Shown here: positions 46,501-56,628 of the stretch, one piece after another
How the letters are laid out: every line of letters begins with the position of its first letter
How positions within the stretch are numbered: the stretch's first letter is position 1
Source of the DNA: Dehalococcoidia bacterium
GTDB taxonomy: Bacteria; Chloroflexota; Dehalococcoidia; Plut-88900
Reading direction: 5' to 3'
Length of the DNA: 64,000 bases
NCBI GenBank assembly: GCA_965197645.1
Contig: OZ240219.1
Location: 256,001-320,000, forward strand
Position numbers and translations under genes: made by a program
Notes under the pieces: model-generated
Seen by the model: the letters and a program-made list of their open reading frames with translations, nothing else
Told to the model about the DNA's origin: nothing
Database searches by the model: none

Positions 46501-46860
46501 TTGCGCCACGTCTTTAGCTTCGATATCGATGGCACTCTGGAGGTAGGAGCGCCGCCGGGCCCTATATCGGTGACGCTGATCCGCAGCATCCAGCAGATGG
46601 GACACGTCGTCGGCAGCTGCTCTGATCGCACCCTTGCTCATCAACGAGAGACCTGGAAGGAGCTGGGACTCCAGGAGGACTTCGTGGCGCTCAAGACCGG
46701 TCTTCCCAGCATCCGCGACCGTTTCAAAGCCGGGTCCTACTATCACGTAGGCGACTCGGTGGTCGACCGTATCTACGCCGAAAAGGCCGATTTCACCTAC
46801 GTGACGCCCGACCCATCGGCAGTCGAGGCCCTATCGAAGGATGGAGACACCGGAACATAG
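46501..46860 (+). CDS. Minimal HAD-like protein
   Basis: FSFDIDGTLE, CSDR, HVGDS; capless HAD motifs. Confidence 0.72.
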   Translation: MRHVFSFDIDGTLEVGAPPGPISVTLIRSIQQMGHVVGSCSDRTLAHQRETWKELGLQEDFVALKTGLPSIRDRFKAGSYYHVGDSVVDRIYAEKADFTYVTPDPSAVEALSKDGDTGT

Positions 46861-46899
46861 GCCGATGGCTCTCAGCCCGTCAGCGAGCTCACCTGCTAG

Positions 46900-48447
46900 C
46901 TACACCACCACCTTGGCCAGGTCTTTCAGTATGGCCTTAGCCGCGTTGTGTCCCGGCGCGCCGGTGATGTTGCCCCCGGGGTGGGTACCCGCTCCGCACA
47001 GGTAAAGCCTCTCGATGGGTGACCGGTAGGGCATGCGCCCAGAGAAGATCTGGCGGGAGTTGATATCGATGTGGCGGATATTCCCGTCGGTCATCCCCTC
47101 CCGAATCTCGATGTCCTTGGGGCTCTGGGCCGTCCAGTCGACAAGAGAGTCTCGGAAGTTGGGGGCGTACTCGGTTATGGCGTCGATGATCTGCTCCCCG
47201 ACCCGTTTGGCCATGGCCGCGTCCCAGGGGCCTTCGGCCGGGTGGGCGGGGTAGTAGTTGGTCCAACAGGACAGGACGTGGTGTCCCGGCGGGGCTAGGG
47301 AGGGGTCGTAGGCCGAAGGTATCTGGATGTCCATTATGGGGCTGTTGGTGAGCCGGCCGTTCTTAGCGTCGTCCCAACTTTGCTGAGCGTACTCCGCCGA
47401 CGGGCAGATTTCGATCATGGCAGCTTCTCGGGGGTCGTAGTCCTCGCCGAGGAAGGCGCTGAAGTCGGGCATCTCCCGAAGGGCGGCCAGGAACTTGACG
47501 GCATTGCCCTCGGTCGAAAGGTTCTCGACTTTTCGGGTGAAACCTTCGTCCAGGTGTTCGGCATCGACCAGCGATAGATAGGTGGACTTGGGGTCTGCGT
47601 TGGAGACGGTGATGAAGCTGCGGATCTCCTCGCCGCTGTCGAGGACGACGCCCCGAGCCATCCCGTCTTCCACGATCACCTTGTCCACCTTTACGCCTGT
47701 CCTGATCTCGACGCCCCGGTCTCTGGCGGAGCTGGCCATCGCCTGGGTGATCTGGCCGATGCCGCCGCGAGGGATGCCGATGTCTTCGGTACGGCTGAAG
47801 GTGCTGCAGTGCTCGTAGGCGATGCTAACGATGCTGCCCGGAGCGCTGGGATCGCCCTCGCCTACCGTGCTTATGTGGGCCCCTTTCATCTGTTCAGACT
47901 CGAAATAACGCTCGACCAGGTCCCGGTTGCTGACGGTAAGCATGGTCTCCCATATCTCTTCGTCCCTGGTGCCCCGCAGGTCCTCGGAGACCTGGGCCAG
48001 CGTGGGGGGATCCTGGAGCCAGTACCGGTGAAGAATGCCCGAGGCCCGCTCCCAGAACTCCTCCCACTGCGGGTAGATCTCGGCGTCATGCGGGGAGAAG
48101 GCTGCGATCTGGGTCAAGTCCTCGTTGTGCCCTTCGAAGAATCCCAGGCTCATGTGTTTGCCATCCGGGAAGGGCCGGAAGAGGCCGTGGGAAGGAGGAA
48201 TGATGTCCAGCCCGTATTCCCGAAGCTTCAGGTCGTCGATGACCTTGCCCTGAAGGAGGTAGACGACGTAGGCGCAGTAGGGCACGAAGAAGCCCGGGTA
48301 GAGCTCCTCGGTCACTATAGCGCCCCCCACTACGTCCTGCCGCTCCAGCATCAGGACCGACAGGCCGTCTTCGGCGAGATAGCCGGCTGTGACCAGGCCA
48401 TTATGGCCGGAACCGATGATGATGGCATCATACTGTGTCTGTTCCAT
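46900..48447 (-). CDS. Phytoene desaturase-like NAD(P)/FAD-dependent oxidoreductase (PYROXD2-like)
   Basis: IIGSGHNGLVTAGYLA, PRGGIG, VSNADP, DPSLAPPG, LYLCGAGTHPGGNITGAPGHNAA. Confidence 0.9.
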   Translation of the reverse strand: MEQTQYDAIIIGSGHNGLVTAGYLAEDGLSVLMLERQDVVGGAIVTEELYPGFFVPYCAYVVYLLQGKVIDDLKLREYGLDIIPPSHGLFRPFPDGKHMSLGFFEGHNEDLTQIAAFSPHDAEIYPQWEEFWERASGILHRYWLQDPPTLAQVSEDLRGTRDEEIWETMLTVSNRDLVERYFESEQMKGAHISTVGEGDPSAPGSIVSIAYEHCSTFSRTEDIGIPRGGIGQITQAMASSARDRGVEIRTGVKVDKVIVEDGMARGVVLDSGEEIRSFITVSNADPKSTYLSLVDAEHLDEGFTRKVENLSTEGNAVKFLAALREMPDFSAFLGEDYDPREAAMIEICPSAEYAQQSWDDAKNGRLTNSPIMDIQIPSAYDPSLAPPGHHVLSCWTNYYPAHPAEGPWDAAMAKRVGEQIIDAITEYAPNFRDSLVDWTAQSPKDIEIREGMTDGNIRHIDINSRQIFSGRMPYRSPIERLYLCGAGTHPGGNITGAPGHNAAKAILKDLAKVVV

Positions 48448-48474
48448 GTCCTCTCCTTTGGCTGGGACGGTTTG

Positions 48475-48852
48475 CTAAGCGTCGGGATCGGTGGAAATCA
48501 CTGCTCGTTTGTGGATAGCGACACCGATCTTCTTGTCGCCTTCGTTGGCCTCGATGGAGTAGGTGAGGCGGTTCCGGTCTATCTCGGTGAGCACCGCCTT
48601 GATGGTGACCTTCCCGCCAATGGCCGTGGGAGCTATGTGGCGCAGACCATCGACGGCGAACCCGACGGTGGTTGCGCCCTCGGGCAGGTAGGGGTCCGAG
48701 GCCTGTATGCAGGTATCCTCCATTACCTCCAGCAGGGCTGGGGTGGAGAACACGTCAGCACCGGGCCGGCCCATACGATTGGTGGTCATGGGCTTGGTGA
48801 TCTCGAAATCCTTTTCGGCGCTCTGGCCCGTTTCCAGTTTATCCAAGTTCAT
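48475..48852 (-). CDS. Hotdog thioesterase (FlK fluoroacetyl-CoA thioesterase-like)
   Basis: VFSTPALLEVME, TTVG, RHIAPT, HKRAVI. Confidence 0.85.
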   Translation of the reverse strand: MNLDKLETGQSAEKDFEITKPMTTNRMGRPGADVFSTPALLEVMEDTCIQASDPYLPEGATTVGFAVDGLRHIAPTAIGGKVTIKAVLTEIDRNRLTYSIEANEGDKKIGVAIHKRAVISTDPDA

Positions 48853-48897
48853 GTCGTAACCTCTCGCTCGGTTATATCTGCCCCTTGGCCAGTCGGA

Positions 48898-49758
48898 TTA
48901 GATCTGACTATACCCGGAACCCGGGTCCTTGGCATCGACGCCGGTGCCCCTGGCATCCGACATCCACCCGAACTCACTCAGGATCTGCTGGCTGTAGGTG
49001 ACGCGCCCGGTGATCTTCTCCTGGGGTTCTGTGGCCAGAAGGAGAGTGGACTGGGCCATCAGGTCCGGGTGCTCACCGGTGGGGTCGTCGATGCCGGTGA
49101 CCAAGTTGTGATAGACGGTACCCGGTGTCGGCACCACCAGGGACGGCGAAAGGCAGGTTATCGAGACGCCGTACTCGAAGACCTCTGCGGCCATGCCCTG
49201 GGTAAACCGCTCCAGGGCGGCCTTCTGAGAGCCGTAGCACACATCGCCCTCGGCTGTCTGTCTCTCCTCGGCGCTGTAGGGGCCCCGGCCCGGGCCGATG
49301 GCCGAGCTGGACGAGATGTTGACGATGGAGCCGGCCTTGCGAGGGATCATGTCCTCCAGGACCAGCTGGCTCAGTATGAAGGGTGCGTGGACGTTGACCG
49401 CCCAGGTTCGCATCCACCGGTTCACTTTGTAGTCTTTTATCGACTCGAAATAGGTGAGGGCAGCGTTGTTGACCAGGACATCCACAGGGCCATAGGCGTT
49501 GTGGGTCTCCTCGATCAGCTTCTCGCAGTCTTCGGGGAGCGATATGTTCACCGCCACGGGCGTGGCCTGCCCTCCATCGGCGTTGATGTCGTCACAGGTC
49601 TTCTGAAGGGAACCCTCGAATATGTGATCGCCCTCTTTCAAGGTCCGCGCTGCGCAGACCACCTTTCCTCCCTCTTTGGCAAAGAGCTTGGCGATGTACT
49701 CGCCGATGCCCCTGCTCGCTCCGGTAACTATTGCTACCTTGCCGTCCAGCTTTCCCAT
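48898..49758 (-). CDS. SDR family oxidoreductase
   Basis: VTGASRGIG, LVNNAA, NISS, YGSQK. Confidence 0.9.
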   Translation of the reverse strand: MGKLDGKVAIVTGASRGIGEYIAKLFAKEGGKVVCAARTLKEGDHIFEGSLQKTCDDINADGGQATPVAVNISLPEDCEKLIEETHNAYGPVDVLVNNAALTYFESIKDYKVNRWMRTWAVNVHAPFILSQLVLEDMIPRKAGSIVNISSSSAIGPGRGPYSAEERQTAEGDVCYGSQKAALERFTQGMAAEVFEYGVSITCLSPSLVVPTPGTVYHNLVTGIDDPTGEHPDLMAQSTLLLATEPQEKITGRVTYSQQILSEFGWMSDARGTGVDAKDPGSGYSQI

Positions 49759-49771
49759 GCTGCCCTCCTGA

Positions 49772-50713
49772 TTACTCTTCTAGTGGGGATATCTCGTCGA
49801 TGGCCTGTTTGTCTTCGGGCGTAATATGCCACTCGCTGGCCTTCGCGTTGGCCACTACCTGCTCGGGCCGGGTGGCTCCGGCGATGACGCTGCAGACCGA
49901 GGGAACGGCCAGCAGCCAGGCCATGGCCAGCTCGGTTACAGTGTGGTCTCGTTTGGCAGCGAAGGTCTCCAGCTTATCCAGGATATCGAAATTCTTATCG
50001 GTAAGGACCCGCTGCCAGGCCGGGACCTTGGACATGCGGGTGCCCTCCGGCACCGCTTCGCCCCGGCGGTACTTGCCGGTCAGGAAGCCCGACTCCAATG
50101 GGAAGTATGGAATCACGCCTACGCCCTTGGCCTGGCAGAAGGGCACCAGCTCTCGCTCCACCTCTCGCTTTAGCAGATTGTAGTAGGGCTGCTCGGTCAC
50201 GAACTGGGTCAAGTTGCAGGACTTGGCGGTCCAGTTGGCCTCTGCTATCTGCCAGCCGCCAAAGTTGGAGCTGCCGATGTAGCGTACCTTGCCCTGTTGC
50301 ACCAGATCGTGGAGGGCGTACATCGTCTCCTCTATGGGGGTCTCGGGGTCGGGCTGGTGAAACTGGTAGAGATCGATGTAGTCGGTCTGGAGCCGCTTCA
50401 AGCTGGCATCTACTGCGTCGATGATATGCCCTCGCGAGCCGCCGGACTGATTGGGCCCATCTCCCAGTGGCATGCCGAACTTGGTGGCCAGGATGACCTT
50501 GTCCCGCTTCCCCTTCAATCCACGGCCGATTATCTGCTCGGACATGGTCTTGCTGTAGATGTTGGCGGTATCGATGAAGTTGATTCCCAGATCGATGGAC
50601 TGGTCTATGACCCTGACCGAGTCCTCTTCCGAGCACCTGGAGCCGAAGTTGTTGGCGCCCAGCCCGATGGCCGAGACCTTCAGGCCGGAGGGTCCCAGGG
50701 ACCGGTACTCCAT
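49772..50713 (-). CDS. Aldo/keto reductase
   Basis: GLGANNFG, IDTANIY, LATKFG, SLKRLQTDYIDLYQFH, GKVRYIGSSN; start ATG 50713. Confidence 0.92.
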   Translation of the reverse strand: MEYRSLGPSGLKVSAIGLGANNFGSRCSEEDSVRVIDQSIDLGINFIDTANIYSKTMSEQIIGRGLKGKRDKVILATKFGMPLGDGPNQSGGSRGHIIDAVDASLKRLQTDYIDLYQFHQPDPETPIEETMYALHDLVQQGKVRYIGSSNFGGWQIAEANWTAKSCNLTQFVTEQPYYNLLKREVERELVPFCQAKGVGVIPYFPLESGFLTGKYRRGEAVPEGTRMSKVPAWQRVLTDKNFDILDKLETFAAKRDHTVTELAMAWLLAVPSVCSVIAGATRPEQVVANAKASEWHITPEDKQAIDEISPLEE

Positions 50714-50835
50714 TGATTCCTCCCGTGAAACGTCTTTGGAGACTTTCGGGCCACATGATAGCCTATGACGCTCAATCAGGAAAGGCGTATCTGTGCCTAT
50801 GCCACGGCATTGACGTTGAGCTGGGAGTAGGACGC

Positions 50836-51219
50836 CTAAGTACCGGTGCGCCACGGGCCGGCAACGGGAATAGCCTCGTCGTCTCCGGGCCAGGGCGGCA
50901 TGGTAGCGATGATGAACCGGAGCGGCCCATCTCCCGTGTTTTGAAACTGGAAATGGACGCCGACAGGGATGTCCAGGCAAACGCCCGGGCCTACGTCTAT
51001 CGTTTCCTCGAGTTCGTCCTGCTTGCGCCAGAACTGACCGGTGCCCTCCAGAAAGTACCAGACCTCCTCGATCGTCTTGTGGGTTATGGCCTGGGATACG
51101 GTGCGAGGAGGGAGGGTGAAGTGGTTCAGAGCACCCCTTGTAGCGTCCACCAGGAGCCGGACCTCAGAGCCGTCCGGGGCGATGGTGTCGTATTCTTGGC
51201 GGAGGCGAGCCGTTTGCAT
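50836..51219 (-). CDS. Cupin domain protein
   Basis: APDGSEVRLL, HKTIEEVWYFLEGTG, HFQFQN, TMPPWPG. Confidence 0.85.
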   Translation of the reverse strand: MQTARLRQEYDTIAPDGSEVRLLVDATRGALNHFTLPPRTVSQAITHKTIEEVWYFLEGTGQFWRKQDELEETIDVGPGVCLDIPVGVHFQFQNTGDGPLRFIIATMPPWPGDDEAIPVAGPWRTGT

Positions 51220-51373
51220 CTGCCTGTCCTCACGTGGAGTAGCTAAGGGGACGGGTATGTCCCGTCGGGCCTGACGGTCTGTCGATCAGGCACGTCTATG
51301 CCGGGGATTAGACCACCTGTAATTGGGCCTGTCAATTTGCGCCGCGTGGAGGGAAAAGGGTACCCTCGGTAAG

Positions 51374-51724
51374 ATGACTATCGAATCGATCAGCGCGATA
51401 ACCCTGGCCACCAACGACATGGCCCGTTCGGTGCGGTTCTATCGCACGCTGGGCTTCGAGATGTTGTACGGCGGCGAGAAAGCCCATTTCACCAGCTTCA
51501 AAGTAGGCGCCGGATATCTGAACCTGATAGCCCAGGTCAGGGAGCAGGGGTGGTGGGGTCGGGCGATATTCTACGTTTCCAACGTGGACGATGTGTACAA
51601 GCTGGCCCTACGCGAGGGGCTAAAGCCCGATACGGAACCACGAGACGCCGAGTGGGGCGAGCGGTACTTCCACATCACCGACCCCGACGGCCATGAGCTC
51701 AGCTTCGCGAAGCCGTTGACGTAG
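51374..51724 (+). CDS. VOC/glyoxalase family protein
   Basis: ITLATNDMARSVRFY, WGERYFHITDPDGHELSF. Confidence 0.88.
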   Translation: MTIESISAITLATNDMARSVRFYRTLGFEMLYGGEKAHFTSFKVGAGYLNLIAQVREQGWWGRAIFYVSNVDDVYKLALREGLKPDTEPRDAEWGERYFHITDPDGHELSFAKPLT

Positions 51725-51742
51725 GAGCTGTCCCCTGGCCGC

Positions 51743-52264
51743 CTAGATGGGGCTGCCCTTCATGCCCTGCAGACCCTTGAGGACCCAGAGCTCGCCGAGG
51801 TGGCTGTATCCGTGATTCATGACAGTACGGTCTATTACATCGATCAGCGGCGACTCCCCGAAGGGTTTGACCATCACGTTTTCGGATAGGTCACTGTCGG
51901 ACAGGGTCGCCAGGTAGGCTTCCGCCTCTCTGAAAACGGTGCTCATGTAAGTGGGAAACTCGGCCCACGGGTCCAATCGAAGAGCGGCTGCGTCTTCCGA
52001 GGGCATGCCGGTGCCCTGAGACTTGCTATCCAGGTTGTACTTCGCGTCCCAACCGCCTTCGATCCACACGGTCGGCTTGCGTTGGAGCACCCAGAGGAAG
52101 ATGTTGTCCTCGGTGCGGAGGTAGTGCCAAAGGATGAAGGCGATGTGGTTGGCCAGACCTCCGGGACGCCAGTGGGCCTGCTCATCGGTGATGTCGGCTA
52201 CGGCATCGGTGAACGCTCCGTGAAGGTTCTTCATCGAGTCTTGCACGAACTCTATTGTGCTCAT
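51743..52264 (-). CDS. DinB family protein (thiol S-transferase-like)
   Basis: NHIAFILWHYLRTED...NHGYSHLGE His triad. Confidence 0.82.
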   Translation of the reverse strand: MSTIEFVQDSMKNLHGAFTDAVADITDEQAHWRPGGLANHIAFILWHYLRTEDNIFLWVLQRKPTVWIEGGWDAKYNLDSKSQGTGMPSEDAAALRLDPWAEFPTYMSTVFREAEAYLATLSDSDLSENVMVKPFGESPLIDVIDRTVMNHGYSHLGELWVLKGLQGMKGSPI

Positions 52265-52265
52265 T

Positions 52266-53381
52266 TTATGCTCCTTTTCTTCTGGGTTGGACATCGACGT
52301 CGAAGGTGAAGGCCCCGCTGACATCATCGTTCACGACGACGCGGCCGCTGGCGCCGGCATCCCCACCCTGAGACACCCGCACGGATACATGGAAGGAGTC
52401 GCCGCCCAGGTTCACCCTGAAGGCGCCTTCAGATGGACCGGTCGATACCAACTTCTTCAGGCTCGCCAGCGACTCTTCCTGGTCCCTGAGTGCTCTGTGG
52501 GCTTCCTCGATCTCGATGGCCATGAAGCGCACCTCATCGCCGGGGATGCTCTGGGCAAGCCGCCCCGCGTCCACGCTGATGATGGTGGCGATCTTCGCAT
52601 AGCCTCCTGAGGTCCCCCGGTCGGCCATCAACGCTATGGGCTGGCCATCTCCGGCGACCTGTATCGCCCCGAACGCTATACCATCGGACACGATGTCGGG
52701 GCTGGACTTGTGCTCGATTATCGGACCCTCTAGCCTGTACCCCATCCGGTCTGACAGGGGTGTGATTGTGTAGGTAGAGTTGAGAAAGGTCTCGATACCG
52801 CGGCTGGTGAATGCGTCGTCCTGGGGGCCCAGAATCACCCTCAGCTCGAGCTCGTGAGGGTAGGAGGGCTGAGGCGCCCTCCGCCCTTCAAGGTCGGGAG
52901 GTGGCGAGAGAGGGGTGGTGGACAGCACATCGCCGACCGCCAGTGCCTTGCCGTCCAGGCCGCCGAATCCGGCCTTCAAGTAGGTGGACCGGCTGTCCAT
53001 TACCCCGGGCACCTCGATGCCCCCAGCTACGGCCACGTAGGCCCGGCTTCCCTGCTTTAGCCCCTTGAAGGACAGGGTAGTCCCCTGGGCGACCAGTACC
53101 GAACGCCAGGTGTGCGTAGGACTCCCATCCAGGTTGGGGGCCATGTCTGCGCCCGTAATGGAGATGAGGGCATCGGCGAGGAATCTGAGCTTCGGGCCGG
53201 CGATGGTCATTTCAACGCAGGCGTGGTCCTCGGGATTTCCCACAAGGATGTTGGCAACACGCAGCGCGTAGGTGTCCATGGCGCCCGCAGTGGGCACGCC
53301 GTAGCGCATGTAGCCATACCTGCCCAGGTCCTGGACGGTGGTCAGCAGACCCGGTTCAACGACTTCGATGACGTCGGTCAA
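52266..53381 (-). CDS. pxpC: 5-oxoprolinase subunit C (allophanate hydrolase subunit 2 family) with C-terminal extension
   Basis: PGLLTTVQDLGR, GAMD, SRST, SDRMGYRL, GAIQV, MADRGTSGGYAKI. Confidence 0.88.
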   Translation of the reverse strand: MTDVIEVVEPGLLTTVQDLGRYGYMRYGVPTAGAMDTYALRVANILVGNPEDHACVEMTIAGPKLRFLADALISITGADMAPNLDGSPTHTWRSVLVAQGTTLSFKGLKQGSRAYVAVAGGIEVPGVMDSRSTYLKAGFGGLDGKALAVGDVLSTTPLSPPPDLEGRRAPQPSYPHELELRVILGPQDDAFTSRGIETFLNSTYTITPLSDRMGYRLEGPIIEHKSSPDIVSDGIAFGAIQVAGDGQPIALMADRGTSGGYAKIATIISVDAGRLAQSIPGDEVRFMAIEIEEAHRALRDQEESLASLKKLVSTGPSEGAFRVNLGGDSFHVSVRVSQGGDAGASGRVVVNDDVSGAFTFDVDVQPRRKGA

Positions 53382-53421
53382 GAGTCCTCTTCCCCCTTGC
53401 GTTAAGGGGCGCTATCAACTA

Positions 53422-54150
53422 CTAGCTAGAATCTAGCCTGACCACCTGGTAGGCGCCCGATTTCACCTGGTCTTCCAGCTCCCGGTAACGGGCTTCATCG
53501 ATGGAGACGAACCGGACGGTATCTCCGGCCTGGGCTACTGCGGGCGGTTCGCGGTCGGGGTCGAAAATGGGGACGGGAGTACGCCCGATGAGCCGCCAGC
53601 CGCCAGGGCTGTCCAGGGGATATACGCCGGTCTGGGACTCGGCTATGCCCACCGAGCCGGCGGTTATGGTAACCCGTGGTGTGCTCAACCGGGGAGTAGC
53701 TATCCGCTCCGACATCCCGCCCAGATAGGGAAACCCGGGGTTGAACCCGAGCATGTATACCAGGTATTCGCCGCCGGTATGTATGTCGATAACTTCTTGC
53801 TGGGACAGGTTGTTGTGGGAGGCCACGAAATCCAGGTCTGGGCCGTACTCGCCGCCGTACAAGCAGGGGACCTCCACGATACTGGCAACCTCGGAAGCTT
53901 CCTCAGTAGACGATTGGTTGAGGGCGGTCAGGCGGCACTGTAGATCGTCGACGGCTATGCGCAACGGGTCATAATAGACAAGGATTGAGCAATAGGTGGG
54001 CGCCAGGTCTATGACACCCGGGATGGACTCCTCATCTATAGAGTGGACCAACTGCTTGATTCGGCGGTTGACTTCTCGGTCTATCGAACTGCCCAACTCG
54101 ACGTAGAGGGCCTTATCGCCACCGAGGAGAAATCGGGGTTGCTGGTACAA
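53422..54150 (-). CDS. pxpB: 5-oxoprolinase subunit B
   Basis: PTYCS, YGGEYGPDL, GFNPGFPYLG, GSVGIA, QTGVYP, SPGGWRLIGRT; TTG start with GGGAG RBS. Confidence 0.9.
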   Translation of the reverse strand: MYQQPRFLLGGDKALYVELGSSIDREVNRRIKQLVHSIDEESIPGVIDLAPTYCSILVYYDPLRIAVDDLQCRLTALNQSSTEEASEVASIVEVPCLYGGEYGPDLDFVASHNNLSQQEVIDIHTGGEYLVYMLGFNPGFPYLGGMSERIATPRLSTPRVTITAGSVGIAESQTGVYPLDSPGGWRLIGRTPVPIFDPDREPPAVAQAGDTVRFVSIDEARYRELEDQVKSGAYQVVRLDSS

Positions 54151-54178
54151 AAGTTGACTCCCGGCTGGTGGGTCTCGA

Positions 54179-54943
54179 TCAGCAGAAGGCGCCCATGGGA
54201 ACCACCTGCACGCCCTCGGCCTCGAATTTGCTCCGCAGTCCCGCTGCCAGCTCGACCGCGCCGGGATTGTCGCCGTGGAGGCAGATGGTATCGGCTTCCA
54301 TCTGGATCTCCTCACCGGTAATGGCGGTGACCCGGGACTCCTTCACCATCTTGAGGCTGCGCCCGATGACCTCTTCAGGCTCGTGGAGGACGGAGCCGGG
54401 TTGAGAGCGGGCTACCAGGGTGCCATCGGGGTTGAAGGCCCTGTCAGCGAAGGTCTCGCGGGCGATCCTCGTCCCCATCTCGTTCCCTATCTCCACCCAC
54501 TGGGTGCCGGCGAGGACCACCAGGATGAGCTCGGGATCAACCTCCAGGACGGCTTCGCAGATGGCCCGGGCCAGGTCGGCGTCCTTGACGGCCATGTTGT
54601 AGAACGCGCCGTGGGGTTTGACGTGCTGCAGATGCCCGCCTTTGACGAAGCCTTTCAATGCGCCTATCTGGTACTTGATGTAGGCCTTGGCCTCATCAGG
54701 GGTGATGGTCATGTTTCGCCGTCCAAATCCCATCAGGTCGGGGAAACCGGGGTGGGCGCCGATGGCTACGCCGTTGTCGTCTGCGATGTCGACGGTGTGC
54801 TGCATCCACTGGGGGTCGCCGGCGTGAAAGCCGCAGGCCACGTTGGAAGAGGTTACATGTTTGATCACCTCTTCGTCCAAGCCCATCTTGTAGGCCCCGA
54901 AGCTCTCGCCCATGTCGCAGTTGAAATCTATCTTAGCGCTCAT
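54179..54943 (-). CDS. pxpA: 5-oxoprolinase subunit A (LamB/YcsF)
   Basis: DFNCDMGESFG, NVACGFHAGDP, GAHPGFPD, HVKPHGA, FADR, CLHGD. Confidence 0.94.
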   Translation of the reverse strand: MSAKIDFNCDMGESFGAYKMGLDEEVIKHVTSSNVACGFHAGDPQWMQHTVDIADDNGVAIGAHPGFPDLMGFGRRNMTITPDEAKAYIKYQIGALKGFVKGGHLQHVKPHGAFYNMAVKDADLARAICEAVLEVDPELILVVLAGTQWVEIGNEMGTRIARETFADRAFNPDGTLVARSQPGSVLHEPEEVIGRSLKMVKESRVTAITGEEIQMEADTICLHGDNPGAVELAAGLRSKFEAEGVQVVPMGAFC

Positions 54944-54968
54944 GCCTATTACCTCCTGGCTAGACAGT

Positions 54969-54998
54969 ATCGTACCGTTGGGTGGAAGCTAGTGTCAA
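54969..54998 (-). promoter_or_regulatory. Sigma70 promoter of pxpABC
   Basis: Minus strand TTGACA, 18-nt spacer, TACGAT. Confidence 0.65.
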
Positions 54999-55060
54999 TG
55001 AGGGCAGCGGGGTTTGTGCGCGGTGGACTGCGTAAGTAAAATCCGAGGTGGGTTATCGCA

Positions 55061-56602
55061 GTGACGAACGTAACGCGTCGAACTTTTCTGAAGTGGTCCG
55101 GGGCAGCCATACTGGCAGGGCTGGCGGCGTACTCGGGCTGTAGGTTTCAGTCAGGCGGCTCGCAAGTCCCTGAAGATGTGGACCTGGAGAAGGTAAGGGA
55201 CGTCATCGTAGTGGGAGCGGGCATATCCGGGCTGGTAACGGCCTATCTCTTATCCCTAAGCGGCAGGCGGGTCACGGTCCTGGAGGCCAGCGATCGTCCC
55301 GGCGGGAGAGTGCACACCCATCGATGGCCCAACGGCCAGACCTCGGAGCTGGGGTTCGAGGAGTTCTTCGACCGGAACGTGGACTCCGACGTCTGGTGGC
55401 TTGCGTCTGAGCTGGGATTGACTGAAGATATCAGGACGTATCCCGGTTCGGTTGGAGCCTACCTCAGGGATAAATTCGTGCCTCCGAGGTCCTGGGAGAG
55501 CTGGGTGAGGGCCCTCCCCTGGCAGGATTCCACGGTGGACGCCGCGGAGTACTTGGAGATGTCCGAGAACATCTCGAGCCTTATCGGATACCTGTGGGCG
55601 CCGGGGCGGGAGGACGACTACCTAGCCTACGACCACCAGAGCATGTCCGATTGGATACTGGAAAATTACGACACATCGGGGCGGGGAGAGATCGAGTGGG
55701 TGATGAATATCTTTTTGAAAGCGGGATTTGGCGTACCCGTGGACCGTGTTAGCGCGGCGTACGGGATAGGCTCTTACTGGGTGTGGTACAACTCCCAGGC
55801 ATTTCACCTGCAGCATGGCAACGATCAGCTGGTCCACCGCCTCGTCGACCGGCTTCCTGCCGAAACCCTGAAGCTGGAGTCTCCGGTCTCCTCGCTGCGG
55901 CACACCGGCGATGGCGAAAAGGTGGAGGTCAAGTTTCAAACCGAGGGAACAGCTCGTACGCTGTCCGCAGACGTTGTCGTGACGACCGTACCCCATACCC
56001 TGGTGCCGGGAATCGTGCCCGAGCTCCCGGATGCCAGGACAAAATCGCTGTCCATGTTGGAGCACTCAAAGGTAATCCGCACCGACTATCAGTTTTCGGA
56101 GAGGACTTGGCAAAAGGAGTACGGGTTCTACGGTCTTGGCATATACACCGATCAAACGGCAGCCTGGATAGGCGACCTGGGCTCCGGAGGCCACGATACC
56201 GGCGTGCTGGCCGGATACGTCAACGAGCCCGAATCATCCGAGCACTGGGTGGACATGGATACGGAGTTCGTGCCCCACGCCTTGTTGAGCGAAGAAGCGG
56301 GCCGGCCTATCGCCAACCGAGTTCTGGGGGAGTTGGAGCGGGTGTGGCCCGGTCTGGAACGGTCGCTGATGGAGACAAGGGTCTCACAGGTGCCTTACTA
56401 TGGGCCGGTCCACCCTCCGAGATACGTCGCCGACGGGGCCTACTCCCTGAACCAGGAGCCGTTCGGTAGGATCTTCTTTGCCGGTGACTGGGTATACGGA
56501 TTCGGAGCCTCGGACGCAATTGGCCGCGCCAGGGACGTCGCCACTCTCCTGACCCAGAAGGGACCAGGTGCTGGACTGGGCGCTAGACGCCGAGTACTGT
56601 GA
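55061..56602 (+). CDS. Tat-exported flavin monoamine oxidase family (lipo)protein
   Basis: TRRTFLK twin-arginine signal, YSGC lipobox-like, VVGAGISGL, EASDRPGGRVHT, RIFFAGD. Confidence 0.85.
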   Translation: MTNVTRRTFLKWSGAAILAGLAAYSGCRFQSGGSQVPEDVDLEKVRDVIVVGAGISGLVTAYLLSLSGRRVTVLEASDRPGGRVHTHRWPNGQTSELGFEEFFDRNVDSDVWWLASELGLTEDIRTYPGSVGAYLRDKFVPPRSWESWVRALPWQDSTVDAAEYLEMSENISSLIGYLWAPGREDDYLAYDHQSMSDWILENYDTSGRGEIEWVMNIFLKAGFGVPVDRVSAAYGIGSYWVWYNSQAFHLQHGNDQLVHRLVDRLPAETLKLESPVSSLRHTGDGEKVEVKFQTEGTARTLSADVVVTTVPHTLVPGIVPELPDARTKSLSMLEHSKVIRTDYQFSERTWQKEYGFYGLGIYTDQTAAWIGDLGSGGHDTGVLAGYVNEPESSEHWVDMDTEFVPHALLSEEAGRPIANRVLGELERVWPGLERSLMETRVSQVPYYGPVHPPRYVADGAYSLNQEPFGRIFFAGDWVYGFGASDAIGRARDVATLLTQKGPGAGLGARRRVL

Positions 56603-56628
56603 GGGGGACAAGCTAAGGTTCGCTAGAG

